In this document: piece after piece, positions 58,316 to 64,000 of the stretch | Position numbering within the stretch: the stretch's first letter is position 1 | Layout of the letters: every line of letters begins with the position of its first letter | DNA from: Paracoccaceae bacterium | Lineage (GTDB): Bacteria > Pseudomonadota > Alphaproteobacteria > Rhodobacterales > Rhodobacteraceae | DNA: 64,000 bases | Direction of reading: 5' to 3' | Assembly: GCA_902635985.1 (NCBI GenBank) | Contig: CACPPZ010000001.1 | Location: 23,781 to 87,780, forward strand | The notes under the pieces: generated by a model | Told to the model about the DNA's origin: nothing | Databases searched by the model: none | What the model saw: the letters and a program-made list of their open reading frames with translations, nothing else | Program-made: the position numbers and the translations under genes

Positions 58316-59248
58316 ATGGATTTCCTAATATTTTGGCTTTCTAATGTACCAGGGTTTGCGACGCCTTTTGCCTTGGGGGTCCTCGGAATGATTATTTGCG
58401 AACGGTCAGGTGTATTAAATTTAGGTGCAGAGGGCTTTGTATTAGTTGGAGCGATGTCAGGTGCCGGAGTATTAATATCAGTTGGTGATTTACCTTTATT
58501 TGCTTTAGTAATAGCTGGATTATCTGGTTCCCTATTCGGCTTATTATTTGGTTTTTTAGTTACTATACTTAGGGTAAATCAGGTGATTGCAGGGTTAATC
58601 ATGGTTTTTCTAGCCCAAGGTCTTACAAGCCTGTTGTCAAGGAATATGGACTGGGTTAATAAACCCTTTGAAGGTTTGTCAAAGCTTAATACTGGTATAT
58701 TCTCTGAAATACCGATAATTGGACCTATTATTTTTCAACAAGATTTACTAGTTTATTGTACCTTATTATTTTATTTGGTCGCCTTTTATTTTATTTATAG
58801 AACAAGCATTGGGTTACGTTTACGGGCTGTTGGTGAAAACCCTGAAGCAGTGGACGCTGCAGGTGGGGATGTAATTTTATTAAGATTACTCGCTGTTATA
58901 ATTGGTACATTTTTCTTAGGTTTAGCTGGGGGTTACTTTACTGTTGTGGTTTCGAAAATATGGGTTGACGGAATATCAGGTGGACGAGGTTGGATAATAA
59001 TAGCTCTAGTGATCTTCGCTCGCTGGCAACTGTCAAGGGCTTTGCTTGGAGCTGTAATATTTGGCTGCATAGAGGCTTTAATTCCAAGACTAGCCGCTAT
59101 TGGATTTCAGTTGCCTCAGTATTTCGTTTTAATGATGCCATATGCTATTACTCTATTAGTAATGGTATGGTCTAATCTAAATCCAAAGAACATTACGGCG
59201 GCACCTTCATCTTTAGGACGTCCTTTCCTTCGGGAGGAGAGGAATTAG
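58316..59248 (+). CDS. ABC transporter permease
   Basis: ERSGVLNLG.EG, GLRLRAVGENP and GRGWI..ALVIF motifs. Confidence 0.92.
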   Translation: MDFLIFWLSNVPGFATPFALGVLGMIICERSGVLNLGAEGFVLVGAMSGAGVLISVGDLPLFALVIAGLSGSLFGLLFGFLVTILRVNQVIAGLIMVFLAQGLTSLLSRNMDWVNKPFEGLSKLNTGIFSEIPIIGPIIFQQDLLVYCTLLFYLVAFYFIYRTSIGLRLRAVGENPEAVDAAGGDVILLRLLAVIIGTFFLGLAGGYFTVVVSKIWVDGISGGRGWIIIALVIFARWQLSRALLGAVIFGCIEALIPRLAAIGFQLPQYFVLMMPYAITLLVMVWSNLNPKNITAAPSSLGRPFLREERN

Positions 59249-59318
59249 TTTTTTGGAGATAGCTGAAAGATTATTTACCTTGTAAAAATGTAGGTAATCG
59301 TGACTAAATATAGATATA

Positions 59319-59395
<77 letters not shown>

Positions 59396-59472
59396 ATAAT
59401 TTCTGAACTCAACTTTTCGTATTTTACCTAATAGAACTTAAGCGGATGATTGAATTTTCAAAAAGTTAAAAT

Positions 59473-60084
59473 ATGGGCCCTAATTTTAAAATAGAACAGG
59501 ATTTGATTAGCAATGGGTACTCAATTATTGCAGGAGTTGATGAGGTTGGTCGAGGACCATTAGCTGGCCCCGTAACTGCCGCTGCGGTAATTTTAGACCC
59601 ACTAAATATTCCAGACAATTTAAATGACTCCAAAGTCTTAAGCCCGAAAAAGAGAGAAAAATTATTCGAAGAACTGAAATCTAGCTCTATTATTGGTATT
59701 GCTCACGTTTCGCCTAGAGAAATTGACAAACTGAATATTCTTCAAGCTTCTTTATTAGCCATGGCGAATGCTGTTTCTAAGTTAAAAGTTGAACCAAACC
59801 ACATTTTAATTGATGGAAATAAAGTTCCTGAAAGACTTGCGGGGCAGGCCACAGCGATAGTCAAAGGGGATACTAAAGTGTTCTCAATTGCGGCGGCCTC
59901 AATAATTGCAAAAGTGACACGAGACAAATTAATGCGTGATCTAGACTCAGACTTTCCGGTCTATGGATGGGCCAAAAATGCTGGATACCCTACAAAGTGT
60001 CACATGAATGCAATAGTAAAGTATGGGGTCACCCCTCATCATAGACGTTCCTTTAAACCGGTACACAATATATTGTGTGGGTAA
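59473..60084 (+). CDS. rnhB: Ribonuclease HII
   Basis: GVDEVGRGPLAGPV, DSK, DGN, KGD and AASIIAKV.RD motifs. Confidence 0.97.
   Translation: MGPNFKIEQDLISNGYSIIAGVDEVGRGPLAGPVTAAAVILDPLNIPDNLNDSKVLSPKKREKLFEELKSSSIIGIAHVSPREIDKLNILQASLLAMANAVSKLKVEPNHILIDGNKVPERLAGQATAIVKGDTKVFSIAAASIIAKVTRDKLMRDLDSDFPVYGWAKNAGYPTKCHMNAIVKYGVTPHHRRSFKPVHNILCG
60063..60078. promoter_or_regulatory. NrdR-box-like perfect palindrome in the rnhB 3' end, upstream of ccrM
   Basis: ACACAATATATTGTGT fits the NrdR consensus acaCwAtATaTwGtgt. Confidence 0.45.
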
Positions 60085-60113
60085 AACAATTGGGCATTTA
60101 ACCTAAAAACGAA

Positions 60114-60142
60114 TTGACGGATTCCCAGGGATGAATCATTTT
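60114..60142 (+). promoter_or_regulatory. ccrM promoter candidate with two GANTC sites
   Basis: TTGACG followed by GATTC (60120-60124) and GAATC (60133-60137) in inverted arrangement. Confidence 0.6.
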
Positions 60143-60179
60143 AGTTGCAATTAAAGAGCGCATAAGCGCCGGTTAATGA

Positions 60180-61295
<1,116 letters not shown>

Positions 61296-61334
61296 AGTCA
61301 AAAGCGATTTAAACTTTAGAGGCTAATTTATCTA

Positions 61335-61733
61335 ATGGTTGGCAGGATTGTAGCAAAAATAATAGTCGCATTTCTTTCTATCTATTGCATTAGTGTTATT
61401 GGGGCATATTTTTATAATATCTCTATCACATTTCCTTTTTCTGTTTCTGACGGAACTAATGTCCCTGTGAACCGTTTAAAAGCTATCCGATTATCACTTT
61501 TTGCAACTTTCGTATTTTTTGCAGTTCATTATTTTTTTTATGGTTCAAAAAAATTCTATCCAATCCAAATACTGGCAGTAATGATTTTTAACTTAACGAT
61601 ATTTGGCATCCTAACCTTTTCCATTGAAAAAGCAGAAACAGAAGAGTTTTTAGTGTTGCTTTTTTATGTTCCAGCATCTCTAATTTTATACAAGGCCGCA
61701 AAGACTGATTTTAAAAATATTTTTACAAAATAA
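61335..61733 (+). CDS. Hypothetical membrane protein (~4 TM)
   Basis: 132-aa hydrophobic ORF filling the ccrM-mutY gap. Confidence 0.65.
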   Translation: MVGRIVAKIIVAFLSIYCISVIGAYFYNISITFPFSVSDGTNVPVNRLKAIRLSLFATFVFFAVHYFFYGSKKFYPIQILAVMIFNLTIFGILTFSIEKAETEEFLVLLFYVPASLILYKAAKTDFKNIFTK

Positions 61734-61807
61734 GCTAAACTGTTTAAAAACCACTATAAATAGTAGAAGCAAACTTGCATGACTTCTCTTTTGATTATGA
61801 ATTAAAA

Positions 61808-62857
61808 TTATTTAAATGGATTTTCTAGTTTATAAGCTTTTTGAAATAGTGTTGGTAACGAAGTCAAATCGAAATCATTTTCTCCAAGGAAAAACCCTTG
61901 TTTTGGTATGCAATTGAGCGGAACATTTGCAAATTTAACAATTACATCCAAGTGAAAATGTGTAAATGTATGCCTAATGTGACCTTCAGTCGTTTGCCAA
62001 TTTGCATCAACGGGCGGTATATCGTTTGGATTTGCGCACCATTCTGAAGTTGGCCATCCAAGCATACCGCCCAATAAGCCTTTAGTGGGTCGTCTTTCCA
62101 AAAGATGTGCTTGGTCTATCCGTTTTACGATATAAATGAAGCCTTTTCGTATAGGTTTTTTCTTTTTTTTTAATTTTAGAGGAACTAAATTAGCTGATCC
62201 ATTTTTATTGGCTAAACATTCTGTCTCTAGAGGGCAAACTAAACATTTGGGTGCTACAGGAGTACAAATAGTTGCCCCTAAATCCATCACAGCCTGTACA
62301 TAGTCACCCGGTCTAACTTCGGGCGTTAGGCCTTTAGCAATTTGTGTTATCTCTTCCTTAGAATTTGGCAAGGGTGTTTGAATTTCAAACAATCTAGAAA
62401 TTACTCTTTCTACATTGCCGTCTACAACCACCTCATTTCTATCGAAGGCAATAGCTGAAATCGCTCCGGCTGTGTATGGGCCGACACCCGGCAGTTCGAG
62501 AAGTGTTTTATAGTCACTTGGAAATTTTCCACCGTACTCGAAAAATATTATTTTGGCACATTTAAGTAAATTGCGAGCTCTTGCGTAATATCCCAATCCG
62601 GCCCATGCTGCAGTGATTTCACTTTCTTCAGCTTGCGCCAACTTCTCCAGTGTCGGCCATTTCACAATAAATTTGATAAAGTAACTTCTAACTGTAGCAA
62701 CGGTAGTTTGTTGTAGCATTATCTCAGATAACCATACATGATAGGGGTTGGGTTTAATACCTGATGTTCTATCTAATGGCCCAATACGCCATGGCATTTC
62801 ACGTGCATTTTTATCATACCAATTAAGAAGTATTGAAGATTTTACTTTTGAGTTCAT
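61808..62857 (-). CDS. mutY: A/G-specific adenine glycosylase
   Basis: SEIMLQQT, W.GLGYY.RARN, LPGVGPYTA (HhH), VDGNV and Cx6Cx2Cx5C motifs. Confidence 0.96.
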   Translation of the reverse strand: MNSKVKSSILLNWYDKNAREMPWRIGPLDRTSGIKPNPYHVWLSEIMLQQTTVATVRSYFIKFIVKWPTLEKLAQAEESEITAAWAGLGYYARARNLLKCAKIIFFEYGGKFPSDYKTLLELPGVGPYTAGAISAIAFDRNEVVVDGNVERVISRLFEIQTPLPNSKEEITQIAKGLTPEVRPGDYVQAVMDLGATICTPVAPKCLVCPLETECLANKNGSANLVPLKLKKKKKPIRKGFIYIVKRIDQAHLLERRPTKGLLGGMLGWPTSEWCANPNDIPPVDANWQTTEGHIRHTFTHFHLDVIVKFANVPLNCIPKQGFFLGENDFDLTSLPTLFQKAYKLENPFK

Positions 62858-62924
62858 TTTCTTATTAATTATTTCAAAACTGCATTTTATTGTCTAAACA
62901 TATATTTAAAGCAGGAACGTTGAA

Positions 62925-63443
62925 ATGCAAAACCCCGACAAGAGATCTGGCGGATTTAAAAGAACATCCGAGCTTCTGAAGCGGAGGATAAACGAAGCTA
63001 GTGAGGGAAGAGGTTTTTCTGAGACAAGGCTCCTTACTCATTGGAGCACTTTTGTAGGTATCGGCCTTGCGGAAAAAACATATCCGGTAAAAATTAGTTT
63101 TGCCTCTGGTGGATTGGGTGCCACTCTGACAATCTTAACTACTGGGCCTCATGCCTTAGAACTTGAAATGCTTAAACATCAAATTAAAGAAAAGGTTAAT
63201 GCTGCGTATGGATATAATGCTGTCGCACGAATAAAGATTACACAAACTGCTGAAACAGGCTTTGAGTTTGCGAAGCTGGGTGGAAACACAGAAGAGCAGG
63301 ATTGTAATACAAATATGACTGTTGTTCGTAATAATGTGAAAGCAAGTGAACAGGTAGAAGGTGTGGAAGACAAAGTATTGAGAGAAGCTCTTGCAGAGCT
63401 GGAAAAAAAAGTATTAACAAAATCTACAAAGACAATGATCTAA
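62925..63443 (+). CDS. DUF721 / DciA-like protein
   Basis: RGF...RLL.HW...VG, GATL and KVNAAYGYNA motifs; divergent from mutY. Confidence 0.8.
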   Translation: MQNPDKRSGGFKRTSELLKRRINEASEGRGFSETRLLTHWSTFVGIGLAEKTYPVKISFASGGLGATLTILTTGPHALELEMLKHQIKEKVNAAYGYNAVARIKITQTAETGFEFAKLGGNTEEQDCNTNMTVVRNNVKASEQVEGVEDKVLREALAELEKKVLTKSTKTMI

Positions 63444-63454
63444 AAGGCAAAAGT

Positions 63455-64000
63455 ATGGGATTTAGGGTTATACGAAATTCGGCATTATTTTTTTTAATGA
63501 TTGGAACAGCAGTTTGGTTTAATGAGCCGAATTTAAAAAATACCGGAAATAATCAGCAAAATTATTCGTCATTAATAGCTTTTGCAGATGAAAAAACGGA
63601 GACTACTATCACTGAGATGATATTAGGCAGTGACGATGCAAAAATAGAGATCGTGGAATATGCTTCTTATACATGTCCACATTGCGCTACATTTCATACG
63701 GAAATTTATCCGAGGCTAAAAAATGATTATATTGAAACTGGAAAAGTGCGCTTCATTTACAGAGAGGTTTACTTTGACAAATTTGGTTTGTGGGCTTCTA
63801 TGATTGCGCGATGTGCAGGCCCGGAAAAGTTCTTTGGGTTAACAGAGCTTATATATAAATCACAACAAAAATGGGCTCGCGCCGGTGATGATGCCGCAAT
63901 TGTGACCGAGTTATCTCAATTGGCGAAAGTCGCAGGGCTCAATGACCAGAAAATTCAAAACTGTCTTGAAGATACAGACAAGTTACGGGCACTCGTTGAA
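63455..64000 (+). CDS. DsbA family thioredoxin-fold protein (partial, runs off the right edge; not in ORF track)
   Basis: Manual translation: N-terminal hydrophobic anchor, then LGSDDAKIEIVEYASYTCPHCATFH...YIETGKVRFIYREVYFD. Confidence 0.9.
   Translation, partial: MGFRVIRNSALFFLMIGTAVWFNEPNLKNTGNNQQNYSSLIAFADEKTETTITEMILGSDDAKIEIVEYASYTCPHCATFHTEIYPRLKNDYIETGKVRFIYREVYFDKFGLWASMIARCAGPEKFFGLTELIYKSQQKWARAGDDAAIVTELSQLAKVAGLNDQKIQNCLEDTDKLRALVE

Larger units (their letters stand above)
39500..59248. other. Accessory N-heterocycle catabolic gene cluster (island-like, no mobility genes)
   Basis: Contiguous catabolic, transport and regulatory genes between core genes (LacI regulator on the left, tRNA-Arg/rnhB on the right); shared operator-like palindrome. 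Confidence 0.7.

Overview
AT-rich chromosomal segment of an alphaproteobacterium. Gene content and order (ccrM, DUF1244, COQ9, aa3 oxidase subunit IV, fdhD-mobAB-moeA) point to a compact marine Rhodobacteraceae/Roseobacter-group genome; this is an inference, as no rRNA is present. About 1-39.3 kb and 59.3-64 kb are housekeeping genes: pyrCB, Moco genes, RND efflux, gltX, pyk, rpmI-rplT, pheST, ald, ppk2, rpsU, greA, ETF-QO, ispE, polyprenyl synthase, tRNA-Arg(CCT), rnhB, ccrM, mutY. Between them (~39.5-59.25 kb) lies a ~20-kb accessory catabolic cluster with no mobility genes. It encodes an MFS transporter, a malonyl-CoA synthetase-like ligase, a two-subunit ATP-dependent hydantoinase/oxoprolinase, a CoxG-like protein, a variant creatininase-family hydrolase, an IclR regulator, an amidase, a three-subunit molybdenum hydroxylase with an unusual PYRGCGR active-site loop, and a BMP-family ABC importer. 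A shared palindrome (TATCCRTTAARTGGATA) precedes its two main operons. This cluster is the best candidate for an undescribed system: a co-regulated N-heterocycle scavenging pathway (pyrimidine-like or flavin/pterin-like substrate). The substrate cannot be determined from sequence alone. All calls come from motif recognition; no database searches were run.
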